Assembly (NCBI GenBank): GCA_963727455.1 | Contig: CAVSGG010000011.1 | Coordinates: forward strand, 31,791 to 95,790 | DNA: 64,000 nt | Direction of reading: 5' to 3' | Source of the DNA: Candidatus Krumholzibacteriota bacterium | GTDB taxonomy: Bacteria; Krumholzibacteriota; Krumholzibacteriia; JAJRXK01 | Shown: piece after piece, positions 37,641 to 46,512 of the stretch | How positions within the stretch are numbered: the first letter of the stretch is position 1 | Layout: every line of letters starts with the position of its first letter | Notes under the pieces: model-generated | The model's input: the letters and a program-made list of their open reading frames with translations, nothing else | What the model was told of the DNA's origin: nothing | Databases searched by the model: none | Position numbers and translations under genes: made by a program

Positions 37641-39008
37641 GTGAAAACTATCCATGCCCTTGGATCGAAGCGAATTCGCTCCTCCACATGGACCCGTGTG
37701 TTGCTCTTGCTGCTCGGCAGCTCCCTCCTCGTCAGCCCGACAGCGTGGGCGCAGACCGAGAGTTCGAGGGCAAGCCAGAATACGGCCTTCGCCAGCGCGC
37801 AAAGCTGGTATTTCCGCACCCGAACCACGGGGTATGCCTACACGACCGCGCCCAAGGATGCGGTCAACGAGGAAACGAAGCACTTCGAGTTCTACCAGTA
37901 TCTCGACGGCGCCGTCAGCGGATTTGCCCAGGGCAAACTCGACCTGCGTCTCTCAGGGCGCTTCGCCGACGACTTTGCGTTCCGGGCCAACCCAACCACG
38001 CCGTACCGGCTCTACTCAGCCTATCTACAGGCTCACCTCTCGCGCCGGGGACGTCTGCGTCTGGGCCGCCTCTTCGTGCAGGAGGGCGTTGCCAACTACA
38101 CGATGGACGGCCTCTATCTGGCTCTGAAGCCCACCCCGCGGCTCAAGCTGCGGGCCTGGGGTGGCGCGCGTTCGCCCTACAACATGGAATGGGAAGCCAG
38201 CAATCTCAGCGATGAAACTGCGCTCGGCGCCCACGCCATCGCGCTCTTGACACCTTGGATGAATCTGGGCGTGGACTGGGCGTACCTCGAGCACAACGGA
38301 GCCCGCGCCTACCAGAAAGTGGGAGCCGAGGCCTCGCTGCGCCCCACTCCTGGCCTGCGCACCATCTTGAGGGCCCACTACGAGACGGAGAGCGAGCAGT
38401 GGGACCAGGCCGAGCTGCTCGCCTGGTACCGTCCCACGCCCGGCTGGCCCATGCTGAATGTGCAATACCTCGATCGCCGCCAGAGTGTCGAGAAGAACAC
38501 CTATTGGGAGAGATTCCTCCCCTCCCTCGACCGCGTGCGTCTCGCCCGCGCTTCCGCGCGCTACGAGAACGCGGAAGAGTGGGGGCTGGAAGTGGAGTAC
38601 TTCGGTTCCTTCGTCGACGAGTTCGAACAGACCCGGCTCGGCGGAGCGGTTCTCTTTCCTTACGGCCGCCTGGGCTATTCAGTGCGCCTGGGAGACGCGG
38701 GGGAAGAGAGTCGCTGGTTCGGAGATCTGCGCTGGCGGCCCCTCAGCTGGTGGAACCTGAGTGGTGGAGCAATGCTCTCCACCTACGCTCTCCTGAAGGA
38801 TGCGCCCGAGGACTTCGAGCGCGACCTGGTCACGCTCTACGCCCGCAGCGTGACTCGTTTGCGGGACGGGCTGAATCTCCATCTGGAATTCCAGAGCTTG
38901 GACAATCCACAGTATTCCAAGGACCTGCGCTTCTTGGTCGGCATCGATCTCGCCATGGGACGAGGCGCCTCGAGCACTGGACTCGGAACAGGAGGGTGGT
39001 TGCAGTGA
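37641..39008 (+). CDS. Putative outer-membrane beta-barrel porin of a porin-cytochrome complex
   Basis: Signal peptide; aromatic-rich alternating strands (RLYSAYLQ, RLRLGRLFV, DGLYLAL); no helical TM; translationally coupled to the dodecaheme gene. Confidence 0.62.
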   Translation: MKTIHALGSKRIRSSTWTRVLLLLLGSSLLVSPTAWAQTESSRASQNTAFASAQSWYFRTRTTGYAYTTAPKDAVNEETKHFEFYQYLDGAVSGFAQGKLDLRLSGRFADDFAFRANPTTPYRLYSAYLQAHLSRRGRLRLGRLFVQEGVANYTMDGLYLALKPTPRLKLRAWGGARSPYNMEWEASNLSDETALGAHAIALLTPWMNLGVDWAYLEHNGARAYQKVGAEASLRPTPGLRTILRAHYETESEQWDQAELLAWYRPTPGWPMLNVQYLDRRQSVEKNTYWERFLPSLDRVRLARASARYENAEEWGLEVEYFGSFVDEFEQTRLGGAVLFPYGRLGYSVRLGDAGEESRWFGDLRWRPLSWWNLSGGAMLSTYALLKDAPEDFERDLVTLYARSVTRLRDGLNLHLEFQSLDNPQYSKDLRFLVGIDLAMGRGASSTGLGTGGWLQ

Positions 39009-39898
39009 AGCAGCTCTTCGCCATCGGTCTCTGCGTTCTGATCCTGCCCGTCTTCGCGGCGCTGGCCCTGGGCGACAGCCCGGCCACGCCGACCACGGGA
39101 ATCCGGCAGGTTCACGACATCCATGCCGAAAACGGCATCGAGTGCGAGACCTGCCACGAGAACGTTCCCGACGCGACCGGCTTGACCGGACTTCTTCCCT
39201 CCATGGATACCTGCGCCAACTGCCACGACGTGGAGGATGAAGACAACTGCAAGATGTGCCACCTGGGCGAAGAGCCCACTGGCTATCCCGAAGAAGCCGC
39301 GAGCATGAGTTCCGGAATGACGGAGCTGGCGCACTTTCCGCACCAGTCTCACATCCAGAAGCAGGAACTCAACTGCAGCGATTGCCATGCTCCCGACGGC
39401 AAGGGCGGACAGACCTTTCCCCAGCATCCGCAATGCCGGAGCTGTCACGCGACGGCGGCTGGCTTCACCGACTGCTCGATGTGTCACGGCGCCAACCAAG
39501 CGCCGGTGCCGCAGAGCCATGGTCCGCAGTGGATGAGCGAGCATGCGCTTGACGCGACTTTCGACCAGAACAAGTGCGAGAGCTGTCATACGCAGACCGA
39601 TTGCCAGGACTGCCACAACGGAGACAACGTCCGCCCGCGCGTGCACGACCTGAACTTCAGCTTCAGCCACGCGCTGGAAGCCCGAAGCAACCAGATGCTG
39701 TGTCAGACTTGCCACGAGGATCCCGTGTTTTGCTCGAGTTGCCACGCGGCGGAACAAGTGCTGCCCGAAAACCACTCGCGCGCGGACTGGGTGACCAGCC
39801 GGCACGGAGTCGAGGCGAGCTTCAATCTCGAGTCCTGCATCGCCTGTCACGATGCCGGTGAGCAAGATCCCACCTGTGCCCGCTGTCACGGAAGGTAG
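39005..39898 (+). CDS. Periplasmic dodecaheme cytochrome c
   Basis: GTG start overlapping the porin stop, RBS GGAGG, signal peptide, and 12 CxxCH motifs in about 297 aa. Confidence 0.9.
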   Translation: MKQLFAIGLCVLILPVFAALALGDSPATPTTGIRQVHDIHAENGIECETCHENVPDATGLTGLLPSMDTCANCHDVEDEDNCKMCHLGEEPTGYPEEAASMSSGMTELAHFPHQSHIQKQELNCSDCHAPDGKGGQTFPQHPQCRSCHATAAGFTDCSMCHGANQAPVPQSHGPQWMSEHALDATFDQNKCESCHTQTDCQDCHNGDNVRPRVHDLNFSFSHALEARSNQMLCQTCHEDPVFCSSCHAAEQVLPENHSRADWVTSRHGVEASFNLESCIACHDAGEQDPTCARCHGR

Positions 39899-39901
39899 AC
39901 C

Positions 39902-40333
39902 ATGCGTGTTCGCCAATCCCTAGGTCTGTTGCTCGTCCTCTTCCTCATCGCCCTGGTCGCGATGGCCTGCGCCGATCGCAAGGATCCCACCGACACCTTC
40001 TACGCCGCTCATCCCGACGAGCAGTGGATGGAAACCCAGAGCGCCGACTTCCACGGAGCCCTGGTGCGTCGCGACGGCCCCGAGTTTTGCCAGAGCTGCC
40101 ACGGCCAGGATCTCATGGGAGCCGAGCAAGCCCCCAGCTGCTATGAGTGCCACAATGGCCCTGGGGGGCATCCGGCCAACTGGATCAACCCCGACCCACC
40201 CTTCCACGGGGATGCGGTCAACCTCAATGGTCCGTTGGGTTGCCGGGACTGCCACGGTTTGGATTACCGCGGCGGCTGGACCGGTGTGTCCTGCTATCTG
40301 TGCCACGATGGTCCGGCGGGAATTTCTTTTTGA
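39902..40333 (+). CDS. Small tetraheme lipoprotein cytochrome c
   Basis: Lipobox VAMAC; CQSCH, CYECH, CRDCH, CYLCH in two internal repeats (FHG...CxxCHGxDxxG...SCYxCHxGP). Confidence 0.88.
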   Translation: MRVRQSLGLLLVLFLIALVAMACADRKDPTDTFYAAHPDEQWMETQSADFHGALVRRDGPEFCQSCHGQDLMGAEQAPSCYECHNGPGGHPANWINPDPPFHGDAVNLNGPLGCRDCHGLDYRGGWTGVSCYLCHDGPAGISF

Positions 40334-40378
40334 GGAATTACGCCCCCGGGCCTGCGCCAATGGCCTGAGTAGCGATTC

Positions 40379-40496
40379 TGTTGAGGAGTCCAACAGCCCT
40401 GTGGAGAGAGTCCACAGGGCTGTTTATCCGTTGCATGCCAACGAGTTGGAAGCTTACGTGCGTCCGGGCGTCAAAACCGTGTGGAACTTTCCTACA
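40379..40496. promoter_or_regulatory. Three TGT-N11-ACA palindromes (putative enhancer-binding-protein UAS)
   Basis: TGTTGAGGAGTCCAACA 40379-40395, TGTGGAGAGAGTCCACA 40400-40416, TGTGGAACTTTCCTACA 40480-40496. 40392-40424 also forms a 14-bp inverted repeat. Confidence 0.6.
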
Positions 40497-40554
40497 AGCT
40501 CGAATGCGTTGGCTCGCGCTGAGCTGTTTTGTCCTAGACCTCCATCTTCTTGAC

Positions 40555-40567
40555 TATCAACCACTTA
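40555..40567 (+). promoter_or_regulatory. IHF binding site
   Basis: TATCAACCACTTA matches WATCAANNNNTTR exactly and lies between the UAS and the -24/-12 element. Confidence 0.65.
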
Positions 40568-40579
40568 CAAATTGGTCTC

Positions 40580-40621
40580 TGACAGAATGTCCGGCTCGAC
40601 CGCGACGGCATCGCGCATGCG
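40580..40621 (+). promoter_or_regulatory. TGACA-N3-TGTCC operator followed by a sigma-54 -24/-12 promoter
   Basis: TGACAGAATGTCC at 40580-40592; CGGCATCGCGCATGCG with GG(40607-8)-N10-GC(40619-20). Confidence 0.6.
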
Positions 40622-40698
40622 ATGCGAGGAGGCGAACGGGCGCGACCAGGCATGGGTCCATTCCGGACCCGCGGCCGAGCCCCTCGGAGGTGAGAACC

Positions 40699-41391
40699 AT
40701 GGTCGTCGTACTTGTCGCCAGTATGTACATCCTCTTCCTTGCGATCGACGCGATCCTGGACAGACGCAAGCGCAGTCTGCGTGCAGCGGAAACCCAGGCT
40801 CGTCATGCCAAGCTGCGAGAGGCCACCCCGCGCTTCGCCGCGGGATACGCCCTCCCTGAGGATCTTCACTTTCACCAGGGCCACACCTGGCTACATTGGG
40901 TGAGTCCGGAAGAAGCCTATGTGGGAGTCGATGACTTCGGCCGTAGGCTCATCGGGACCGATAGCCGCGTGACTCCCCCCAATCGCGGAAGCTGGGTGCA
41001 TCAGGGCGAGCATGCGGCCAAGGTCCAGCATGAGGGCCGCGAAGTTCATCTGCTCTCGCCGGTCAGCGGTGAGGTTGTCGGGGTCAATCCCGACCTCAAG
41101 AACGACCCCTCGCTGATCAACAAGGATTCTTACGGCCGGGGCTGGATTTTCAAGATCAGGGCCGCCGACCTGCACCAGCAGATCTCCAACCTGCTCTCGG
41201 GAAGTCTGGCTCAGCGCTGGATGGAAGACACCCGGGACCGCTTTCAACGTCAGTTGATGATGGCTTCCGGCAGTGTCATCCAGGATGGCGGTGCCCCGGT
41301 CGATGATGTGGCGAGTCAATTGGATGCCGCGCAATGGCAGCAATTGGCCGGGCAATTCTTCGAGCTTCAGAACAGCTCGAGTGCTGACTAG
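40699..41391 (+). CDS. Membrane-anchored glycine cleavage H-like protein lacking the lipoyl lysine
   Basis: N-terminal TM; FHQGHTW, VGVDDFG, LLSPVSGEVVGVN, DSYGRGWIFKI. QHEGR replaces ESVKA. RBS GGAGGT. Confidence 0.85.
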   Translation: MVVVLVASMYILFLAIDAILDRRKRSLRAAETQARHAKLREATPRFAAGYALPEDLHFHQGHTWLHWVSPEEAYVGVDDFGRRLIGTDSRVTPPNRGSWVHQGEHAAKVQHEGREVHLLSPVSGEVVGVNPDLKNDPSLINKDSYGRGWIFKIRAADLHQQISNLLSGSLAQRWMEDTRDRFQRQLMMASGSVIQDGGAPVDDVASQLDAAQWQQLAGQFFELQNSSSAD

Positions 41392-41400
41392 GGAGCGGGT

Positions 41401-42183
41401 GTGATGAAAGCTCTTCTCTACGATATCAATCTCTGCATCGGCTGTGAAGCCTGCGTGGACGCTTGCAAGGAGGAGAACGGTCTCCCGGAGGAACCGAGGG
41501 ACCGTCTCTCCGCCACTTCGTTCACGTATCTGACGGATGCGGGCAACGATCAATATTACCGTCACATGTGCATGCACTGTGTCGAACCTTCCTGCGCTTC
41601 GGCGTGCCCGGTGGGGGCACTCCAGAAGAACGAGATGGGTCCGGTCACCTACGACTACGACAAGTGCATCGGCTGCCGGTATTGCATGGTCGCCTGCCCC
41701 TTTAGCGTTCCGCGCTACGAGTGGGAGTCGAACACTCCGAGGGTTCGCAAGTGTGAGATGTGCAAGCAGCGCACGCTCGAGGGAGGCGTCACCGCCTGTG
41801 CGGAGATTTGCCCCACCGGAGCCACCACCTTCGGAGACCGGACCGAACTCATCGCCACCGCGTGGAAGCGTATTTCGGAGGACCCCGATTCTTACGCGCC
41901 CCGCGTCTTCGGTACCGAAGAGGTCGGAGGAACCTGCGTTTTGATGATCGGTCCCGAGAAGATTCTCGAGGCTGCCATACCGGGGAATCTCCCCGATACG
42001 GCGCCCCCGGAATTGACCTGGGCCGTCATGGAGCGAATTCCGGCCGCGGTGGGAATCGCGGGGGTGAGCCTTCTGGGCATCAACTGGATCATCCGGCGAC
42101 GGATGTCCTTGGCGGCGCAAAACGGAAACGCCGCGGAACATTCCAGCACTGCGAGTGAGATCGGGCAGGAGGAGGATTTGTGA
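41401..42183 (+). CDS. 4x[4Fe-4S] DmsB/HybA/HmcB-like electron-transfer subunit with C-terminal TM
   Basis: CIGCEACVDAC, CMHCVEPSCASACP, CIGCRYCMVACP, CEMC...ACAEICP. Confidence 0.92.
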   Translation: MMKALLYDINLCIGCEACVDACKEENGLPEEPRDRLSATSFTYLTDAGNDQYYRHMCMHCVEPSCASACPVGALQKNEMGPVTYDYDKCIGCRYCMVACPFSVPRYEWESNTPRVRKCEMCKQRTLEGGVTACAEICPTGATTFGDRTELIATAWKRISEDPDSYAPRVFGTEEVGGTCVLMIGPEKILEAAIPGNLPDTAPPELTWAVMERIPAAVGIAGVSLLGINWIIRRRMSLAAQNGNAAEHSSTASEIGQEEDL

Positions 42184-43388
42184 TGAAAGCTCTGTCCTGG
42201 ATGATCACCCATCCCTGGCGCGTGATCGGAATCGTGGTGACCCTCGGGGGTCTCTACGGGGCCTATCTGCGCTTCACGCAGGGTTTGGGCGCGGTCACCA
42301 ATCTCAGTGACGCCTTTCCCTGGGGAATGTGGGTCGGATTCGACGTGATGTGCGGCGTCATGCTGGCCGCGGGCGGATTCACCATCAGCGCTTTGGTCTA
42401 CATCTTCCAGGTGAAGAAATGGCAGCCCATCGCGCGTCCGGCCGTCCTGACCGCTTTCCTGGGCTACCTCCTCGTCGTGGGCGGGCTCATGTTCGACCTG
42501 GGTCACCCCTTCAAGGTGTGGCACCCCTTGGTCATGTGGAACCATCATTCGGTGATGTGGGAGGTTGCCTGGTGCGTGACGCTCTATACGAGCGTGCTCG
42601 CCATGGAATTCGCGACCTTCGTGTTCGAGAAGTTGAACTGGGAGCGTCTCGCGCGCATCTTCCACCACCTTACCTTCCCTCTGACCCTGGCTGCCGTCCT
42701 TCTCTCCATGCTGCATCAGTCCTCACTGGGCAGTCTGTTCCTGCTGGTGCCGGGACGCCTGGACCCGCTGTGGTACACCCCGCTTCTGCCGTTCCTCTTC
42801 TTCGTGTCGGCGATTGCGGTGGGGCTGACCATGACCATCGTCGAATCGAACTTGAGCGCGAGAGCCTTCGGTCGTTGTATCGAGGGACCCGTACTGCAGA
42901 GCGTGGCAAAGGTCGCGGCCTGGGTGATGGGTTTCTACGCCGTGCTCAGAATCGGCGACCTGGTGCAACGTGGCGCGTTGAGCGAGCTCTGGCCACTGGA
43001 TCGAGCTGCAGGATTTTTCTTCGCTGAAATCATCCTCGGCTTGTTGATTCCGCTTGTCATTTTCAGTTATCCACACTTCCGAAAGAACACGCGGCTGCTG
43101 AACCGTGGTGCACAACTGGCTGTGTTGGGTTTCATCATTCACCGGCTCAACGTGGGAATCACCGGCTTCGAAGTCGTTGCGGGAAAAACCTACACTCCCG
43201 CCTGGACTGAGATTGCCGTATCGCTCATGCTTGTAGCGATAGGTGTGACCGCTTTCAATCTGGCGGGCCGTTACCTTCCCATCTTCGAGACGGAGGATCC
43301 CGAGCGTACGAAGATCTGGGCCCAGGAGAACAAGCGCCTTGCGGGGCTCGAGTTCTCCCGCGCTTCTTCTGCTCCCGATCCGAGGTAA
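42180..43388 (+). CDS. NrfD/PsrC-family membrane subunit (HybB/HmcC-like)
   Basis: VTNLSDAFPWGMWVGFDVMCGVMLAAGGF, DLGHP, SVMWEVAWCV, MLHQSSLG. Confidence 0.92.
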   Translation: MMKALSWMITHPWRVIGIVVTLGGLYGAYLRFTQGLGAVTNLSDAFPWGMWVGFDVMCGVMLAAGGFTISALVYIFQVKKWQPIARPAVLTAFLGYLLVVGGLMFDLGHPFKVWHPLVMWNHHSVMWEVAWCVTLYTSVLAMEFATFVFEKLNWERLARIFHHLTFPLTLAAVLLSMLHQSSLGSLFLLVPGRLDPLWYTPLLPFLFFVSAIAVGLTMTIVESNLSARAFGRCIEGPVLQSVAKVAAWVMGFYAVLRIGDLVQRGALSELWPLDRAAGFFFAEIILGLLIPLVIFSYPHFRKNTRLLNRGAQLAVLGFIIHRLNVGITGFEVVAGKTYTPAWTEIAVSLMLVAIGVTAFNLAGRYLPIFETEDPERTKIWAQENKRLAGLEFSRASSAPDPR

Positions 43389-43419
43389 CGAGTCGGCCAG
43401 ATCCCGGGAGTCGAACGGG

Positions 43420-45153
43420 ATGCACGACCATGCTTCTCCTCCGCCCGCCTCCCGCACTCGCGGTGGCGGGCGGAATCTTATGCGGCAGATTTGGCGCAAC
43501 GTGAGCAACTGCGTGGGGTGGCGACTCGTCTTCATTCTCACCATCGTGCTCAGCCTCTCCCTCAGCGCCGCCGGCATCGTTCTGGAACGCATCCAGCGCC
43601 GTAATATGGTGTCCGTGCTCGAAGACACGGCGCGCAGCATGGGAACGATCGTTCTCGCCACCACGCACACCGCGATGCTCGAGAACAATCAGAATTTGCT
43701 GAACGACATGATCCAGAACCTGGGGACCCAGGAACAAATTCTGGCCGCGCGCGTGGTCTCGGCCGGCGGAGAAGTGCGTTATTCCTCGCGTCCGTCCGAA
43801 CTGGGCAAAGTCGCCGACCGCAGCGCGGAACCCTGTCAGGTTTGTCACCGACAGTCTCAACCGAGCGTGCCGAAGTCCTCCAGGGAGGCACTGCACGTCT
43901 ACCGTCTCGCCACCGGAACCAACGCTCTGGGTCTGGCGGTTCCCATTTTGAATCAAAGCGAATGCTACAACGCGGCCTGTCACGTTCACGATCCGAGTCA
44001 AACCGTACTGGGCATCCTGGACCTCGAATTCAGCACCGAACATTTGGAAGCCGCATTGAGCGAGCAGAAATCCGGTTACTGGATTCTCTCCGGGGCACTG
44101 GTTCTCCTCATCTGTCTCGTGGCGGGGTGGTCGGCCTACCGGGTGGTGCACCGACCGATGCACGCCCTCTTGGACGGCACGCGCAGCATCGCGGCGGGAG
44201 ATCTAGATACGCGGCTCCCCCCCCAGTCGATCGGAGAGGTCCACGAGCTGGCCTCCTCCTTCAACAAGATGGCGGCCCAGCTGGAGACGGCGGCGCACGA
44301 TCGCGAGGAGTGGAACCGCACCCTGGAACGACGCGTAGCCGAGAAGACTGCGCAGCTGAAGAAAGCCCAAGACAAACTGGTACTGACCGAAAAAATGGTG
44401 TCGCTGGGGAAGCTCTCGGCCGTAGTTGCGCACGAGATCAACAACCCGCTGGCCGGAATTCTGGTGACGATCAAGCTTCTCCTGCGCCGCCTGCCCCGGC
44501 TTCTGGACGGCACCTCCAGCGAAGAGGAACGCAAGAGTTCCATCGAGCAGCTGGAAATGGTCGAACACGAGACCGCGCGCTGCGGTGACATCGTGCGCAA
44601 CCTGCTTTTGTTTTCGCGTCGGCGCGAATTGCAGACGCGAATGGAGGATATCGCGGAAATTCTGCGCCGTTGCCTCAAGCTCGTCGGTCACCGCGCGCAG
44701 CTCCAGCAAGTAACCGTCATCGAGAACTTTCCCGAGAAGCTGCCGCATATCGACTGTGACGCAAACCAAGTGGAACAGGCCTGTCTGGTGATGGTGATGA
44801 ATGCCCTGGATGCAATGCCCGAAGGTGGCGAACTGGCTCTCAATCTGGAGTATCTTGAAAAAGAGAAGATGGTACGGGTCAGAGTGCGTGATACCGGCCC
44901 AGGGATTCCCCTAGAAATTCAGGCGCGTATCTTCGAGCCCTTTTTCTCCACCAAGGAAAGCGGCCAGGGCACGGGTTTGGGTCTTGCCGTCCTCTACGGC
45001 ATCGTGCAACGGCATCACGGGCGCATCGATTTTCAATCGCGGCGCGGGGAGGGTACGAGCTTCTGGATGGACCTGCCGGTCAAGTCCCCGCCTTCTTCGC
45101 CCGACGGAAGCTCTTCCGGCGAAGGTTCCGAACAAGAGGTCATCGAATCATGA
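43420..45153 (+). CDS. Membrane HAMP sensor histidine kinase with periplasmic heme-c motifs
   Basis: Two TMs flank a domain with CQVCH and CYNAACH; HAMP; AHEINNPL; FEPFFSTK; GTGLGL. Start 43420 or 43480. Confidence 0.92.
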   Translation: MHDHASPPPASRTRGGGRNLMRQIWRNVSNCVGWRLVFILTIVLSLSLSAAGIVLERIQRRNMVSVLEDTARSMGTIVLATTHTAMLENNQNLLNDMIQNLGTQEQILAARVVSAGGEVRYSSRPSELGKVADRSAEPCQVCHRQSQPSVPKSSREALHVYRLATGTNALGLAVPILNQSECYNAACHVHDPSQTVLGILDLEFSTEHLEAALSEQKSGYWILSGALVLLICLVAGWSAYRVVHRPMHALLDGTRSIAAGDLDTRLPPQSIGEVHELASSFNKMAAQLETAAHDREEWNRTLERRVAEKTAQLKKAQDKLVLTEKMVSLGKLSAVVAHEINNPLAGILVTIKLLLRRLPRLLDGTSSEEERKSSIEQLEMVEHETARCGDIVRNLLLFSRRRELQTRMEDIAEILRRCLKLVGHRAQLQQVTVIENFPEKLPHIDCDANQVEQACLVMVMNALDAMPEGGELALNLEYLEKEKMVRVRVRDTGPGIPLEIQARIFEPFFSTKESGQGTGLGLAVLYGIVQRHHGRIDFQSRRGEGTSFWMDLPVKSPPSSPDGSSSGEGSEQEVIES

Positions 45154-46508
45154 GTACTGCAGCCGCCGATACACTGAAAATCTTGGTCGTCGACGACGAA
45201 ACTGTCGTACGGGAATCGCTCGCGGGATGGCTTCAGGAAGATGGCCACACGGCGATCACCGCGTCCGACGCACAGCAGGCCCTCATCCGCCTCAAGAAAG
45301 AACCGTGCGATCTCGCATTCGTGGATATCAAAATGCCAGGAATGGATGGGCTCGAGCTGAACCGTCGCATTCAAGAGATCTCTCCCGATACTACCGTCAT
45401 CATCATCACTGCTTATGCCTCGGTGGAAACCGCGGTCCAGGCCTTGCGCGAGGGCGCCCACGATTACATCACCAAGCCCTTCGATCCCGAGCATCTCAGT
45501 CATGTAGTCCGCAACACGGCGGCCCAGCGCAATCTGGAGCGGGAGAACTTACAGCTGCGCGAGAAGCTCGCCTCCACCTCCGCCTCCACCCCGATTCTGG
45601 GCGAGAGTCCAGCCATCAAGCGGGTCCGGGAGCTCATCGAAACGGTGGGCCCCACCGAGAGCACGGTGCTCATCACCGGTGAGTCGGGAACCGGCAAGGA
45701 ACTCGTGGCACGCGGTATTCACACGGCGAGCCCGCGCGCGTTTCTCCCATTGGTGGTGGTGAATTGCGGAGCTCTGCCCGAGGGAACCCTGGAGAGCGAA
45801 CTCTTCGGACACGAACGGGGTGCATTCACCGGCGCGCAATACCGACACAAGGGCAAGTTCGAGCTGGCCGACAAGAGCACTCTCTTCTTGGATGAGATCG
45901 GCGAAGTCTCCCCCAAGATCCAAGTGGAGCTTTTGCGAGTGCTCGAAGAAAAGAAGGTTACGCGCCTGGGCGGAACCAGCGAGACCAGTGCCGACTTTCG
46001 CACCGTGGCCGCAACGAACAAGGACCTCCAGCTCGAAGTACAGGCGGGGAATTTCCGCGAGGACCTATTTTACCGTCTCAACGTGTTTCAGATTCACCTC
46101 CCACCCCTGCGTGAACGCAGAGAGGACATTCCGCTTTTGGCGCATGCTTTCGTGACGCGTTTGGCCGCGAGCATGAACAAACCGGTGCCCGAATTGGAAA
46201 GCGAGGCAGTGTCGCGACTGAAGGAGCATGATTGGCCGGGGAACGTGCGCGAGCTGACCAACGCCATCGAGAGGGCCCTGGTCATCCATCAGGGGGGTAG
46301 GATACGCGCGGCTGACCTCCCCATCGGAACGCGCTTTGAACCGGTCTTGGGAAATGGTCCGCGCTCCTTGGCGGAGGCGGAAAAGCAACATGTCCAGAGG
46401 GTCCTGAGCGACTGCGATTGGAACATCTCTCAGGCCGCCCGGATTCTCGAGGTGGACCGCACGACGGTGTACAACAAGATCAAGCTCTACGACTTGAAGA
46501 AGGATTGA
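45150..46508 (+). CDS. Sigma-54-dependent response regulator (REC-AAA-HTH)
   Basis: ILVVDDE, DIKMPGMDG, GESGTGKE, GAFTGA, WPGNVREL, and HTH. Confidence 0.95.
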   Translation: MSTAAADTLKILVVDDETVVRESLAGWLQEDGHTAITASDAQQALIRLKKEPCDLAFVDIKMPGMDGLELNRRIQEISPDTTVIIITAYASVETAVQALREGAHDYITKPFDPEHLSHVVRNTAAQRNLERENLQLREKLASTSASTPILGESPAIKRVRELIETVGPTESTVLITGESGTGKELVARGIHTASPRAFLPLVVVNCGALPEGTLESELFGHERGAFTGAQYRHKGKFELADKSTLFLDEIGEVSPKIQVELLRVLEEKKVTRLGGTSETSADFRTVAATNKDLQLEVQAGNFREDLFYRLNVFQIHLPPLRERREDIPLLAHAFVTRLAASMNKPVPELESEAVSRLKEHDWPGNVRELTNAIERALVIHQGGRIRAADLPIGTRFEPVLGNGPRSLAEAEKQHVQRVLSDCDWNISQAARILEVDRTTVYNKIKLYDLKKD

Positions 46509-46512
46509 GGTC

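Noticed and set aside
40699-41391. Calling this gene gcvH of a glycine cleavage system
   Set aside because: The lipoyl Lys is absent, a TM anchor is present, and there is no gcvP/gcvT.
27601-43388. A [NiFe]-hydrogenase locus (hypF + hybA/hybB)
   Set aside because: No large or small hydrogenase subunit, maturation protease or other hyp genes in the window.
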